From the NCBI GenBank assembly GCA_965207075.1, contig CBDBLO010000002.1, positions 160,001-224,000 on the forward strand: a DNA stretch of 64,000 nt. The letters are read 5' to 3'. The position numbers and the translations under genes are program-made. A model generated the notes under the pieces. It was given only the letters and a program-made list of their open reading frames with translations. It had not been told where the DNA came from and searched no databases. Below, one piece after another: positions 28,563 to 38,444 of this stretch; positions within the stretch are counted from its first letter, which is position 1, and the number at the start of each line of letters is the position of its first letter. This stretch comes from Nitrosopumilus sp. (GTDB taxonomy: Archaea; Thermoproteota; Nitrososphaeria; Nitrososphaerales; Nitrosopumilaceae).

Positions 28563-29063
28563 CTAGGGAGATGGCCTTTGCGCGTCTTGCGCCCCGTCCC
28601 CATTTCCGTTTCCCCGTCCCCGGCCTGCAACGGCATTATCCACCTTGCCGGTGCCGCCGCAAGAGGTGCACGCGTACCTGCGCGTCTTGCGGAACAGCAT
28701 ACCCGTCTTGCGCTCTAGATATCCGTCCCCGCCGCAAGAGGTGCACCGCACCGGCGGGCGGGCCTGGGATCTGCTGCGGCGGCGTGTCTTCTGGCGGGCG
28801 GCCCTGCCCTTCTTGGACGGATCCTTGCGCGTATACTTGGCCGACTGCTTCCTGACGTGGCCGCTCTTGCGCGGCATGCTCGGCACCTCGCCTTGGGGAC
28901 CCGCTATGCTGTTGTACGCCCATACCACCATCTTGTACATCTCAATGTCGCCCGAGGGCCTGTCGGGGTGGTACCTCAGTATGCAGCTGCGGTACTTGGC
29001 CTTGATCGTCTCGGGGGGATCCAGCGGCGAGGCTCCAAGTACGTCATACGGGTCCGCATTCAT
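28563..29063 (-). CDS. J-domain protein with DnaJ-type zinc finger
   Basis: DPYDVLG, YHPD, two CxxCxGxG repeats. Confidence 0.8.
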   Translation of the reverse strand: MNADPYDVLGASPLDPPETIKAKYRSCILRYHPDRPSGDIEMYKMVVWAYNSIAGPQGEVPSMPRKSGHVRKQSAKYTRKDPSKKGRAARQKTRRRSRSQARPPVRCTSCGGDGYLERKTGMLFRKTRRYACTSCGGTGKVDNAVAGRGRGNGNGDGAQDAQRPSP

Positions 29064-29446
29064 GGCAGGCGATTCCGGTACGGCGGCAGTATATTCATGT
29101 CTTGGGTTGCCGCCGCCACCGGTCCCCCGCCACGACCAGCCCATTGGCAAGAGCGCGGGCTCGCATGCGGCGACCAGATCCTAAGGCTTGGTCGAACAGG
29201 CGCGGTATTTCTAAAAGTCCTGCAGGGCGCTCGTTGGCCGTACGCGAACAATAAAGCTCCCGGCACCCACCGGTCTAGAATAGTTACCAGACCAATGTCG
29301 ACTTTTCAACTGCAGGTCGGTGCCTTGCGCCAACCGCTCGTACGGGGACAGATCCGCCTTGCAGGTCACGGGTCGGATCTTGCATGCAAGAAGGCACTCC
29401 AGATTTGGATACACCTCCTTATATAACGCAGGGCGTAAGGGTATGT

Positions 29447-30112
29447 ATGGCTGCCATGCTGACGCCGGACTTGCAGGCGGGCGCGGAGAGACGCGGGGGC
29501 GCCGTGCGCGGTGCCGCCATGGGGCACGTGGGGCTTGACACGGACGACCTGTACTGGCTGAACCCCGCCGTCGCCAGCGCTGCCATCACCGCCTCCGGTA
29601 TACTTACGAGGCTGGAACTTGCAACGGACGCGCTTGACTCCGCGATTGCGTCCATAAGGGGGCAGGTGCGCGACATACGCGGGCGCAACAGGAGGCTGGC
29701 CCCTAGGTACGACCCCGGCAACGAGGTACACGCCAAGTCGATGGGCCTGGAGCATGTGATGTCCGTCATGCTCGAGGCGCTGATCCGCGCGCGCCAGAGA
29801 ATGGTGACGCCTGTCACGGCGCGCCAGATGCCCCGCATGCTGCTGCCTGCGCTGTATGTGGTGCGCACCGCACACATGCAGCTGTCCCAGGACGCGGCGC
29901 CCGGGTGCCAAGAAAGCCTGCACGACGCATCGGCCCACTTGGGCGGCATCATCCTCGACGCGGCCACGATATCGGGCTCCAACCTGAACCTTGGCCGGTC
30001 CAACGCGGAGGTCTCGGCAATATTTAGTCAAGCGAGATTGACTGTCGACTCTAAGTTAAGAAAGCAGTATGACAAACTGGAGATGCCGGCAGCATGCAGG
30101 CGATACTGCTAG
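29447..30112 (+). CDS. hypothetical helical protein, probable highly divergent ESCRT-III/CdvB paralogue
   Basis: C-terminal half aligns by eye with the CdvB-family protein at 21774-22448; TTATATAA TATA box upstream. Confidence 0.55.
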   Translation: MAAMLTPDLQAGAERRGGAVRGAAMGHVGLDTDDLYWLNPAVASAAITASGILTRLELATDALDSAIASIRGQVRDIRGRNRRLAPRYDPGNEVHAKSMGLEHVMSVMLEALIRARQRMVTPVTARQMPRMLLPALYVVRTAHMQLSQDAAPGCQESLHDASAHLGGIILDAATISGSNLNLGRSNAEVSAIFSQARLTVDSKLRKQYDKLEMPAACRRYC

Positions 30113-30354
30113 GCGGGGCACGGACTAACAGCGGCACGCTATGCAAAATGCCCATCCCCGTATCATCATATCTGCGTCCTGTCGTTCGGTGTTACAGGTT
30201 TGTCGTCGTCCTACCGGTGCGGCGGCGCAGGTGACGCTTGTAAGGCAGCTAGAAGTACTGCAAGGACAAGGGGGGGATTCCGGGGGGAATGGGCGCGGCG
30301 GCCTAGTACGGAAAGCCGATCCGATATCCATGCATTGCGCATGGCGGCCAAACA

Positions 30355-31691
30355 TGTAGAGTCGGAAAATGATGTCACGGTGTGTCGTGACATTGCTCCA
30401 CGCATGCCTGGACTCCATATGAATTTTGAATTCCCGGTTCCGCTGGGCCAGCCCAAGCGGCCGGCAGCGTGCCCGACGTGCGCGAACTGCCGCGAAAGGT
30501 ACGCTTTTACATGATCGTGCGCAGCATACGCTGGAGGGTCCTACGGCGGGGTTGACTGAGGTGTCTTACCCGTCGTCATCCTTGTATGACCGGCCCTCTG
30601 GGAGCCTCCGCTCGCGGTATGCGTCCGCGGGCGTCTGCCCGTACAGGCTGCCGTGCGGCTTGTTGTTGTGGTTCCTGACGAACCTGGCAGTCGGGTCGCT
30701 CTCCATTGCGGCGGGGGCGCCAAACGGGGCCGCCGTGCCCGGCGGTCCCGCAACGTCGGCAAAGTGCCCGACCTTGTACTTGTACTCCTTGAACACGCGC
30801 TCCGCCTTGCCATTGGTCTGGGGATGCCCCACGCGCGCCAGGATCTGCTTTACGCCGGCGTCCCCGAGGTGCTCCTCAAAGTGCGTGCGCCCCCTTTCGC
30901 GCTTTGCCTCGGACTCCATGGCGTAGAACTGGGATCCGTGGTCGGTCAGGACCGAGTACGGCGTCCCGTGCGCCAGGCAGGCCTGCTTGAAGACCGCGGT
31001 GGCGTTCTCGGACGTGGCGCGGTCAAACACGCCGTGTCCGACGATGTACCGGGACGAGTCGTCCACGTATACGATCAGCCACCTCCCGTCCTCCAGCTGC
31101 GTATAGTCCGTGTGCCAGAGCGTGTTGCTGTGCCTCCGCTCGTACCTCACGTACCTGCGCTGCCTCTTCTTGGCGTGCTCCTCGCGCGCCAGCCCGTTCT
31201 CAAGCAGCACCCGGTGCACGGCGTCCTTTGGGACGTGGTCCCCCGCGTTCCTGATGTGCCAGTATGTGGCAGACGCGCCGTTTACGACCCGGCCGAACGC
31301 GGCCAAAACCGCGGAGTGCTCCCTGCGCCCCGGCTCGCCCTTCCGGTGCCTGCCGGGGCGCCTTGGAAGGTACAGTATCCGCCCCGTGTCGAGGCGCCTG
31401 AACCGGCTCCAGATGCGCTGCACCTGCCTTATGCAGACCTTCAGGATGCCTGCAATCGTCTTGTTGCTTGTCCCCCTCCTCTTTTCGCGGACGATGAACC
31501 TTGCGTCAAGCGTGTCCAGCTTGCGTATGGGCTTCCTGCCCTTCTCGCTGGCAGTCTTGAGTATGCGCTCGGTCTCCTCCCTTTGTTCCTGTATGAGGAC
31601 ATGTTCGTCATACTTGGTTTGAGGTGTCATTACGCCTCCCTCCATGTCGGCTCTCTTATGCGTCGGGGTGACATGATTCCCCGACTCTTCA
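30355..31691 (-). mobile_element. IS481-family insertion sequence, copy 2 (1337 bp)
   Basis: Near-identical inverted copy of 19543-20879; 15-bp direct repeat CATGGCGGCCAAACA at 30340-30354 and 31692-31706. Confidence 0.92.
30566..31630 (-). CDS. IS481-family DDE transposase
   Basis: Protein identical to copy 1. Confidence 0.9.
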   Translation of the reverse strand: MTPQTKYDEHVLIQEQREETERILKTASEKGRKPIRKLDTLDARFIVREKRRGTSNKTIAGILKVCIRQVQRIWSRFRRLDTGRILYLPRRPGRHRKGEPGRREHSAVLAAFGRVVNGASATYWHIRNAGDHVPKDAVHRVLLENGLAREEHAKKRQRRYVRYERRHSNTLWHTDYTQLEDGRWLIVYVDDSSRYIVGHGVFDRATSENATAVFKQACLAHGTPYSVLTDHGSQFYAMESEAKRERGRTHFEEHLGDAGVKQILARVGHPQTNGKAERVFKEYKYKVGHFADVAGPPGTAAPFGAPAAMESDPTARFVRNHNNKPHGSLYGQTPADAYRERRLPEGRSYKDDDG

Positions 31692-31738
31692 CATGGCGGC
31701 CAAACAGGCAAAGAAAAAGAAGGGGTGGTGCGGAGGAC

Positions 31739-32293
31739 TCAGTCTACCCTGACCGTCTTTCCGCGGTTTGCGCCTTCGGCCAGGCCGAAGGTGATCTGGA
31801 GAATGCCGTTGCGGTAGGATGCCTTGGCAGAGTTGGCGTTGACCTTGCGCTCAAGCGGGATCCGCGCCTGGTACTTCTTGCCGCCCCCGCCCTCCGCGGA
31901 GACTGACACGTGTTTCCCCTCGACTGCGATCCTGATGTCGCGCTTCTCTACGCCGGGCATCTCGGTTATCATCTTGACAACCTTCTCCTTCTCGTCGACT
32001 ATGGTGTCCACCAGGGGCTCCCTAGTCTCGGCTGCGCCCTCTGCGCCGGGCAGGTGGGCGGGTCGGCGCCCCACGATCCCGGCGTTTCCGTACTCGCGTA
32101 CGACGGGGCGGCCGTCCGGCCCCGTAGTCATTACAAGGCCATAGTACCGCACGTCTGGGCTCTGGAGCCGGCCGGCACCCTCTCCGTGGTCTGTGCGGCA
32201 CGAGCCCCCCTCGCAGGAGCCTCCCCCCATCCCAAAGAATGGATCGGAGAAGAACCTCTTCAGGAGCCTGTCCGCCTCGTTCTCGAAGAACAT
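31739..32293 (-). CDS. hsp20: archaeal small heat shock protein Hsp20
   Basis: YYG..MT.GPDGRPVVREYGN, REPLVD, EMPGVEK, ASYRNGILQI. Confidence 0.93.
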   Translation of the reverse strand: MFFENEADRLLKRFFSDPFFGMGGGSCEGGSCRTDHGEGAGRLQSPDVRYYGLVMTTGPDGRPVVREYGNAGIVGRRPAHLPGAEGAAETREPLVDTIVDEKEKVVKMITEMPGVEKRDIRIAVEGKHVSVSAEGGGGKKYQARIPLERKVNANSAKASYRNGILQITFGLAEGANRGKTVRVD

Positions 32294-32308
32294 GTCATAT
32301 TCACCTGT

Positions 32309-32393
32309 TTATGTAATGTATATTACATAATATAAGTATTATTCCAACCAAGGTATAATATTACAAAAGACTATTATAGTTTACAGGCTGTAA
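32309..32393. promoter_or_regulatory. AT-rich divergent promoter with palindromic operator-like sites
   Basis: TTATGTAAT-gtat-ATTACATAA (32309-32330) and TTACAG-g-CTGTAA (32381-32393). Confidence 0.55.
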
Positions 32394-32399
32394 TATGGC

Positions 32400-33131
32400 A
32401 TGCGGACAGTCGGAGTCTCTGTTCCGGACGCCATAAGGGAGATCATAACAAGGAACCGCTCCGTATACGACTGCATGAGGATGGACCTGATCAACTATAC
32501 GGCGCTGGCGGTGAGGATCCAGCCCGAGGTGGAGCGCATGCTCGGCGGCCCCGTCAACCTGAACACGATCGTGGTGGCCATCAAGAGGTACGCGGACCGG
32601 CTCTCGGTCCGGGAGGACGCAGCCGGGGGGGAGGAGTCCATGCTGAAGAACGCAAGGGTGGTGCTGACTGACGGGATGATGGACATCAGGTTTTCAGCAG
32701 AGGAGTTTGACAGGCTGGGCGGGGCGCCCGAGATGCTTGCAAAGTTTGCAAAGATGGGCGGCAACTACGAGTTTTTCAGGCTGTCGGACTCGTTTAGGTT
32801 CCTTGCCGAGGACATGGAGGACGTAAGGGAGATGTTCAGGGGCATGCTCAGGAAGGAGTCAACGGCCGGGGGCCGGGGAGACTACGAGGAGGAAGAGAGG
32901 ATGTTCAGCACGGGTTTGGCCAAGATCAGGATCGTGCCGCCCTCCGCCGCGCGGGCCGGAAGCGGCCCGTCTGACATTGTGTCCCATGTGGCCGAGATAC
33001 TGCATGCGGCGGGAATAGAGATTGTCAACGCGTATTTCGGCCAGGACGGCATCACGGTCGTACTGAGAGAGAAGGATGCAGCGCGCGCGTACGAGGTTCT
33101 GCGCGCCGGCGCGTCCCGGGCGAGAATATAG
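32400..33131 (+). CDS. ACT domain-containing protein with N-terminal helical (HTH-like) domain
   Basis: DLINYTALA...IVVAIKRY N-terminus; C-terminal L..AGIEIV ACT-like pattern. Confidence 0.75.
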   Translation: MRTVGVSVPDAIREIITRNRSVYDCMRMDLINYTALAVRIQPEVERMLGGPVNLNTIVVAIKRYADRLSVREDAAGGEESMLKNARVVLTDGMMDIRFSAEEFDRLGGAPEMLAKFAKMGGNYEFFRLSDSFRFLAEDMEDVREMFRGMLRKESTAGGRGDYEEEERMFSTGLAKIRIVPPSAARAGSGPSDIVSHVAEILHAAGIEIVNAYFGQDGITVVLREKDAARAYEVLRAGASRARI

Positions 33132-33149
33132 ATTCACACAGCATATATT

Positions 33150-34616
33150 GTGACCGCGGACGCGGGGCGCTGCTTGGTGTCTGACAGCGGCGGCGGCATC
33201 GGAGACAGCGGACGCGGGGCCGCCAAACCCAGAAAAAGAATAGTGATTGCCGGCGGCGGCTTTGCCGGCGTCGCGTGCGCGCGCCAGCTAGAGTCCGAAC
33301 TCGGCGACGATCCCGACATCGATCTGGTCATGATAAACGAGGACAACTTTCTGCTCTTTACGCCCATGCTGCCCCAGGTCGTGTCGGGGATGATCGAGAC
33401 CAGACACATCGTTACGCCCATACGGACCATCTGCAAGAGGGCGCGCTTCTTTGAGGGCAGGGTAAGGGGCATCGACCCGTACGCGAAGACCATAACCGTG
33501 TGGGGAGGGGGTGATGCCGGGCGCCTGACCATGCATTACGACTTTGCGGTGGTGGCGCTCGGAAGCGAGGCCAACTTCTTTGGGATGCCCGACGTCGAGA
33601 GGAACGCCTTTACGATGAAGACGCTCAACGACGCGGCCGAGCTCAGAAACAGGGTGATTGACATGCTTGAGAGGGCCGAGAACGAGGCGGATCCCGCGCT
33701 GCGCAGGCGCCTGCTGAACTTCGTGGTGGTCGGGGCGGGCTTTGCAGGCATCGAGACCGCGGGGGAGCTTATGGACCTGCTTCACGACGCGCACAAGCAC
33801 TATCGCTCCGTAGGGAAGGACGACGTAAGGGTCGTGATACTAGAGGCGCTGCAGGAGATACTTCCCGGGTTCAACAAGGATCTGGCCGCATTTGCAAAGA
33901 GACGGATGGAGGAGAGGGGGATAGAGTTCAGGCTGCAGTCCGCCGTAAGGGCGTTTGACGGGGAGGAGATAACGGTGAAGAGGCTGGCGGGGGACGGAAA
34001 TGGGGGCAACGGCGGCGGAGGGCCTAGGGGGGAGGAGAACGGCAACGGCGGCGATGATGATGATGAGGTGATAATGTCAAAAACCCTGATCTGGACGGCT
34101 GGCGTCACGCCCGTCGACATGATCAAGAGGGCCATGCTAAAGACGGAGAGGGGAAAGGTCATAGTGGACGACTACCTGGAAGTGCCCGAGTTTCCGGGTG
34201 TCTTTGCAGTCGGGGACTGCGCGCTGTTCGTAGAACCGGACACGGGCAGGCCCGTCCCGCCCACCGCGCAGCTGGCAGAGGCCCAGGGCAAGACGGCCGC
34301 CAAGAACCTGGTTGCGTTGATAAGAAACCGCGAAAAGGAGAGATTTGAATTCAAGCCCAGAGGCCAGATGGCCGTCATAGGCAAGAGGTCCGCGATCGCG
34401 TCCGTGTTTGGCGTGAATATGTCCGGGTTCTGGGCCTGGCTCATATGGAGGGGCGTCTACCTCTCAAAGATCTCGTCGGGGGAGAAGAAGAGCAGGGTGC
34501 TACTTGACTGGGTGATCGACCTCTTCTTTAGCAGGGACATATCCAGGCTAAAGCTGGCAAGGCGTGGGGCCGAAAAGGATTACAGGGTGCTGGACGAGGT
34601 GGACGACATGTGGTAA
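33150..34616 (+). CDS. NAD(P)/FAD-dependent oxidoreductase, type II NADH dehydrogenase-like
   Basis: GGGFAG, FTPML, VVVGAGFAGIE.AGEL, WTAGV, VFAVGD, PPTAQ; start uncertain. Confidence 0.9.
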   Translation: MTADAGRCLVSDSGGGIGDSGRGAAKPRKRIVIAGGGFAGVACARQLESELGDDPDIDLVMINEDNFLLFTPMLPQVVSGMIETRHIVTPIRTICKRARFFEGRVRGIDPYAKTITVWGGGDAGRLTMHYDFAVVALGSEANFFGMPDVERNAFTMKTLNDAAELRNRVIDMLERAENEADPALRRRLLNFVVVGAGFAGIETAGELMDLLHDAHKHYRSVGKDDVRVVILEALQEILPGFNKDLAAFAKRRMEERGIEFRLQSAVRAFDGEEITVKRLAGDGNGGNGGGGPRGEENGNGGDDDDEVIMSKTLIWTAGVTPVDMIKRAMLKTERGKVIVDDYLEVPEFPGVFAVGDCALFVEPDTGRPVPPTAQLAEAQGKTAAKNLVALIRNREKERFEFKPRGQMAVIGKRSAIASVFGVNMSGFWAWLIWRGVYLSKISSGEKKSRVLLDWVIDLFFSRDISRLKLARRGAEKDYRVLDEVDDMW

Positions 34617-34647
34617 CGGGCCGCGCGCGTTACAAGGGGCGGCCGCA

Positions 34648-36330
34648 CTACGGCGCCATGCGGCGTAGCCTCCTCACGGTTACAATGACCGCCGCGGAGG
34701 GCGCCGCGACGTACAGTCCGGCGTTGAGCAGGATGACAGCAGAGCCGTACGCGATTACGTCCAAGTCCGAGCCCGCCTCCGCCGCGCCCAGTATGGAGAG
34801 CGAGGATATCATGGGCGTGATGAACGCCCTTACCGCATCCCTGAACGCGGGATGTTCGCGCTCGAGGTCCGCCACGGCGGGCGAGAATGAATAGTATACG
34901 GCATTGAATCCCGACATGAACGCCGCACCGGAGCTGGTGGACATGACGGTGCCGTCCCTCAGTTCGCGCATGGACTGTATCTGGGGCTCAAGTTCGGAGC
35001 CAAACGCCGCAGTCGCGACAAGGCACCCCCCGCCCTCAGGGTCGGCCGGGGCGGCGTCAGACTGTTCCTGCGGCGGCGGTGATGGGTCGGCCGGGGTCGG
35101 GTCGGCCGGGGTCGGGTCGGCAGTCGGCGGCGCTTCCTCCTTTACCGCAAACGTCTCCAGCATCCTCTGATAATGCGGCATCATGTCATCAAACCTTTCG
35201 GGGATGTTGGCGTATGACAGGGTATAGTACTGCCCGTCCCCGTACACGATGGTCTCAATGAGCGAGACCTTGGCGGTCACGTTGTTCAGTGTTATGGTCT
35301 CGGTCACCCGCATGGCGTGGGCCGGCAGGCCCGCCACTACGGTCGGCTCCTGCTCAAACGTCGCAAAGTCCTCGGCGCTCAGCACCTCACGGATCTCCGC
35401 CGTTCGGTCACTGACTAGCTGCTCCAGCGTGGACTGGCCCGCGTCGTTCACAAACACGTAGATCTGTGGGGTTCCCCCGGCGGCCCGCGGCCCCACCGCA
35501 ACGACGTCGGGCACTTCGGGATCCGAACGCCCCGGTTCCTGCAAGAGCCAGCCGGCGGGAGCTACAAACGTGATGCCAAGGCGGGAGCTGTCATAGATCT
35601 GCTCGCCGGAGTCGGTGGGGGCAAGTGGGTCCTGCGCCGGCTGCTGCGGAACAGGCGGCGGAACCGGCTCGTCGGGCAGCGACGCAATGGTGGAGCGGTC
35701 CACCGTGCGTATGCTCTGGATTCTCACGGACTCGGGGTCGACGGGCCTGTCCTGGGCTCCCGTCTCCGTTGCCGCGATGGCGTCGAGTGTCTCGAAGCTC
35801 TGCTCCGTTACGATCCTCCCAAACACGGTGTACTGCCCGTCAAGAAAGTTAGAGTTCTGATGGACTATGAAGAACTGCGACCCGGCGCTGTTGGGATCCT
35901 GGCTCCTTGCCATCGAGACTATGCCGCGGTCGTGCGGTATGTTGTTGAACTCGGCGTCCACGGAGTGCGGGGGGCCTCCGATCCCCCACGTGCGGGGGTC
36001 GCCATCGACCGTGTTGGGATCCCCGCCCTGTATCATAAACCCGGGTATGATCCTGTGAAACAGCGTGCCGTCATAAAAGCCGGACTCTGCCAGGGTGACA
36101 AAGTTGGACACGTGGTTGGGGGCTGCTGCCGGAAAGAATTCAATTATGATCGTGCCCATCTGCGTCTCCAGTACCGCCACCCTGCCGTCGGCCTCCGCAA
36201 CCTGGGCGTAGGCCTCCGCAGTGGCCTCTGCAAAAGGCAGTGCCGACGGCGCATGCAGCAGCGCCAAGCAGCAGACGGCAGCCAAGGCGGCGCACGCGAC
36301 AGGCGCCCGTAAAATTCCAGTATTTTTCAT
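34648..36330 (-). CDS. exported cyclophilin-type peptidyl-prolyl isomerase with PsbP-like domain and CFI-box-CTERM tail
   Basis: FHRIIPGFMIQGGDP, SMARSQDPNSAGSQFF; GGGCLVATAAFGSEL..RELRD tail; PADPT linker repeats. Confidence 0.9.
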   Translation of the reverse strand: MKNTGILRAPVACAALAAVCCLALLHAPSALPFAEATAEAYAQVAEADGRVAVLETQMGTIIIEFFPAAAPNHVSNFVTLAESGFYDGTLFHRIIPGFMIQGGDPNTVDGDPRTWGIGGPPHSVDAEFNNIPHDRGIVSMARSQDPNSAGSQFFIVHQNSNFLDGQYTVFGRIVTEQSFETLDAIAATETGAQDRPVDPESVRIQSIRTVDRSTIASLPDEPVPPPVPQQPAQDPLAPTDSGEQIYDSSRLGITFVAPAGWLLQEPGRSDPEVPDVVAVGPRAAGGTPQIYVFVNDAGQSTLEQLVSDRTAEIREVLSAEDFATFEQEPTVVAGLPAHAMRVTETITLNNVTAKVSLIETIVYGDGQYYTLSYANIPERFDDMMPHYQRMLETFAVKEEAPPTADPTPADPTPADPSPPPQEQSDAAPADPEGGGCLVATAAFGSELEPQIQSMRELRDGTVMSTSSGAAFMSGFNAVYYSFSPAVADLEREHPAFRDAVRAFITPMISSLSILGAAEAGSDLDVIAYGSAVILLNAGLYVAAPSAAVIVTVRRLRRMAP

Positions 36331-36446
36331 GTACAACAACGGATCGACACCCGCCTCCATAAAAGCCGTTGTCTGGCGGCGGCTACGGCAAAAACCACGG
36401 CAGGCGCCGCACTCTATTTATAAAAAGCCAGAGTTCCTGCCAAAGC

Positions 36447-36941
36447 ATGGGTCCCGACGAGAAGATTCACGCGCACCTAGTCTCGATATGGAGGGAGTCA
36501 CAGGGGCTCTTCGCGCTGGGGGGCAAGGAGGGGATGCTCTTTCTTACCGACAGACACATTGCGTTTGTACACAAGACGGGGGCCAGCATGAACTGGTGGA
36601 AGGCGATAACGCAGAGGCAGGTTGTAAAGTTCATCAGGTCGAAAAACACCATGATCCGACACGACGGCTACGGCGAGGACGACCTGGCCGACGACCTGGC
36701 CGACGACAGGAACGTGGAGGTTCCGTACGAGGATGTCGTGGGGATCAGCAGCGGGGAGAAGGCGTGGGGCAGCGTCCTGCACCTAGAACACCGCGCCGGC
36801 GACAAAAGGGAGAAGCACCAGTACTCTGTCGCGCAGGACTGGGTCAAGTACCCCGCAAAGGAGCCCACCAAGTACATGAAGGTAGACTGGGAGCCGTTTG
36901 TGGAGTTTGTAAACAAGAGGCGGCGGCAGCTGACGACGTAG
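36447..36941 (+). CDS. hypothetical protein (PH-like fold possible)
   Basis: GMLFLTDRHIAF pattern; TATTTATAA box upstream. Confidence 0.7.
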   Translation: MGPDEKIHAHLVSIWRESQGLFALGGKEGMLFLTDRHIAFVHKTGASMNWWKAITQRQVVKFIRSKNTMIRHDGYGEDDLADDLADDRNVEVPYEDVVGISSGEKAWGSVLHLEHRAGDKREKHQYSVAQDWVKYPAKEPTKYMKVDWEPFVEFVNKRRRQLTT

Positions 36942-36947
36942 GGGGGT

Positions 36948-37757
36948 GTGGTCGCCGTGGCAGAGGGACGCGTTTATGCGGTGGGCGTGGGGCCGGGATC
37001 GCCAAGGTATCTGACCGCCATAGCGGAGGAGATCATCAAGGGGTGCGACATCGTGGTGGGGTACGAATACACGCTCAGGACCATACGGCACCTTCTGGGG
37101 CCCGGCAAAACGGTCCACACGGTCACGATGTCAAGCCAAGAGGGGGTGCTGCAGTCAGTCGCCGCCGAACTCAGGGCGGGCGCGGAGGAAAAGACGGTGG
37201 TGGTCCCGTTTACCGGCGACGCAAGCTTTTCAGAATCGGAGGTGGTCGACAGGCTCGCCGAGATATTTGGCGGCGTGCAGATAATACCCGGAATCAGCTC
37301 GGTGCAGGTGGCGGCCGCCATGGCGGGGGTGCCGCTTGACAAGTCAAGGGTCATTACCATGCACGTGACGTCTCCCATAGAGGGCAAAAAGGAGGAGATG
37401 CGCCAGGCGCTGGCGTCGGGGCTGAGCGTGGTTCTCATCCCGCGGCCCTGGCCCAAGAGGCCGGACAAGCACTTCATGCCGTCGGAGGTGGCGGCGCACC
37501 TCAGAGAGCACGGCTTTGACACAGGCGCCATGCGTGTAAGCGTCTTTGAATCCCTTACCACCGAGCAGCAGACTAGGTTTGACGGAACCGTAAGTGAGCT
37601 TGAGGGCAAGGAGTTCTCCGACCTGTGCGTGGTGGTGTTCAACCAGTCAGAACCAGACTCTTACATGAACTACAGGTGGCAGTGGGACGACGGCTGCGGC
37701 GGGCATGGCAACGATGAGGGCGGGCGGGGCGTCCCCGGGGGACAGGGGGACGCGTGA
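36948..37757 (+). CDS. cbiE: precorrin-6Y/cobalt-precorrin-7 C5-methyltransferase
   Basis: VGVGPGSP.YLT, TGD, IIPGISSVQVAAA tetrapyrrole methylase motifs. Confidence 0.82.
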   Translation: MVAVAEGRVYAVGVGPGSPRYLTAIAEEIIKGCDIVVGYEYTLRTIRHLLGPGKTVHTVTMSSQEGVLQSVAAELRAGAEEKTVVVPFTGDASFSESEVVDRLAEIFGGVQIIPGISSVQVAAAMAGVPLDKSRVITMHVTSPIEGKKEEMRQALASGLSVVLIPRPWPKRPDKHFMPSEVAAHLREHGFDTGAMRVSVFESLTTEQQTRFDGTVSELEGKEFSDLCVVVFNQSEPDSYMNYRWQWDDGCGGHGNDEGGRGVPGGQGDA

Positions 37758-37796
37758 CGGAGCCTGCTGCAGTAGTGCGGCCGGCTACGGCGGCGG

Positions 37797-38327
37797 CTAG
37801 CGGAACCCCACATCCAGAGACTCCTCTATCATAAAGAACTCTACGTAGCCGCCTGCCAGCAGAAGCGCCACCACAATGCCCGCCTCCAAGAGCAGCGGGC
37901 GGAGGTGCCCCGACAGGGCAGCCCTCCTTACAATCGTAATCGTCATCAGTACGCTCCTCGACATTGCCAGCGAGTACGCGCAGATCTCCATCAGCCCGAA
38001 CGGGGTGAGGAACAGCACGGCCAGGGGCGACACCCCCTCAAGCTCCGGCATGCTGGTCTCCAAGGCCGCAAACACCAGCCCGGTGGACCAAGCGGACAGG
38101 AACCCCCACGCCAACCCGGCGCCCGGAACAAACATGAGCAGCGCGATCATGGTGTTGTGCAGAAATATCCCAAACGCGTCTATGTCCTCCACCAATGCCT
38201 CGAACTCGGACAGCAGCGCCTCGGCCTCGGCGTCGGAAACGTCAGACGTGGTACCCAGCACGAACACGGCGGTAAAGGCGGCAAGCAGGGCAAGGAACGC
38301 CGCAGTCCTGGCCGGGATCCTCTCCAT
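37797..38327 (-). CDS. SpoIIM (stage II sporulation protein M)-like membrane protein
   Basis: IFLHN, PFGLME.AY, LL.GG.VE motifs. Confidence 0.8.
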   Translation of the reverse strand: MERIPARTAAFLALLAAFTAVFVLGTTSDVSDAEAEALLSEFEALVEDIDAFGIFLHNTMIALLMFVPGAGLAWGFLSAWSTGLVFAALETSMPELEGVSPLAVLFLTPFGLMEICAYSLAMSRSVLMTITIVRRAALSGHLRPLLLEAGIVVALLLAGGYVEFFMIEESLDVGFR

Positions 38328-38444
38328 GGTTCGGCCCGGAGAGCTTTCTATTTGTTGTTTGGCAAAACGGCCGGAGGCGACGGCACAACGGCACGCCGCT
38401 CCGGCGGGGACAGATTAATTATCGGCACCAGCAGTTATTCTGCA

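Noticed and set aside
19543-31691. Composite transposon carrying cdvB, cysC/Q and tfb
   Set aside because: Each IS has its own TSD pair and the cargo is core chromosomal genes
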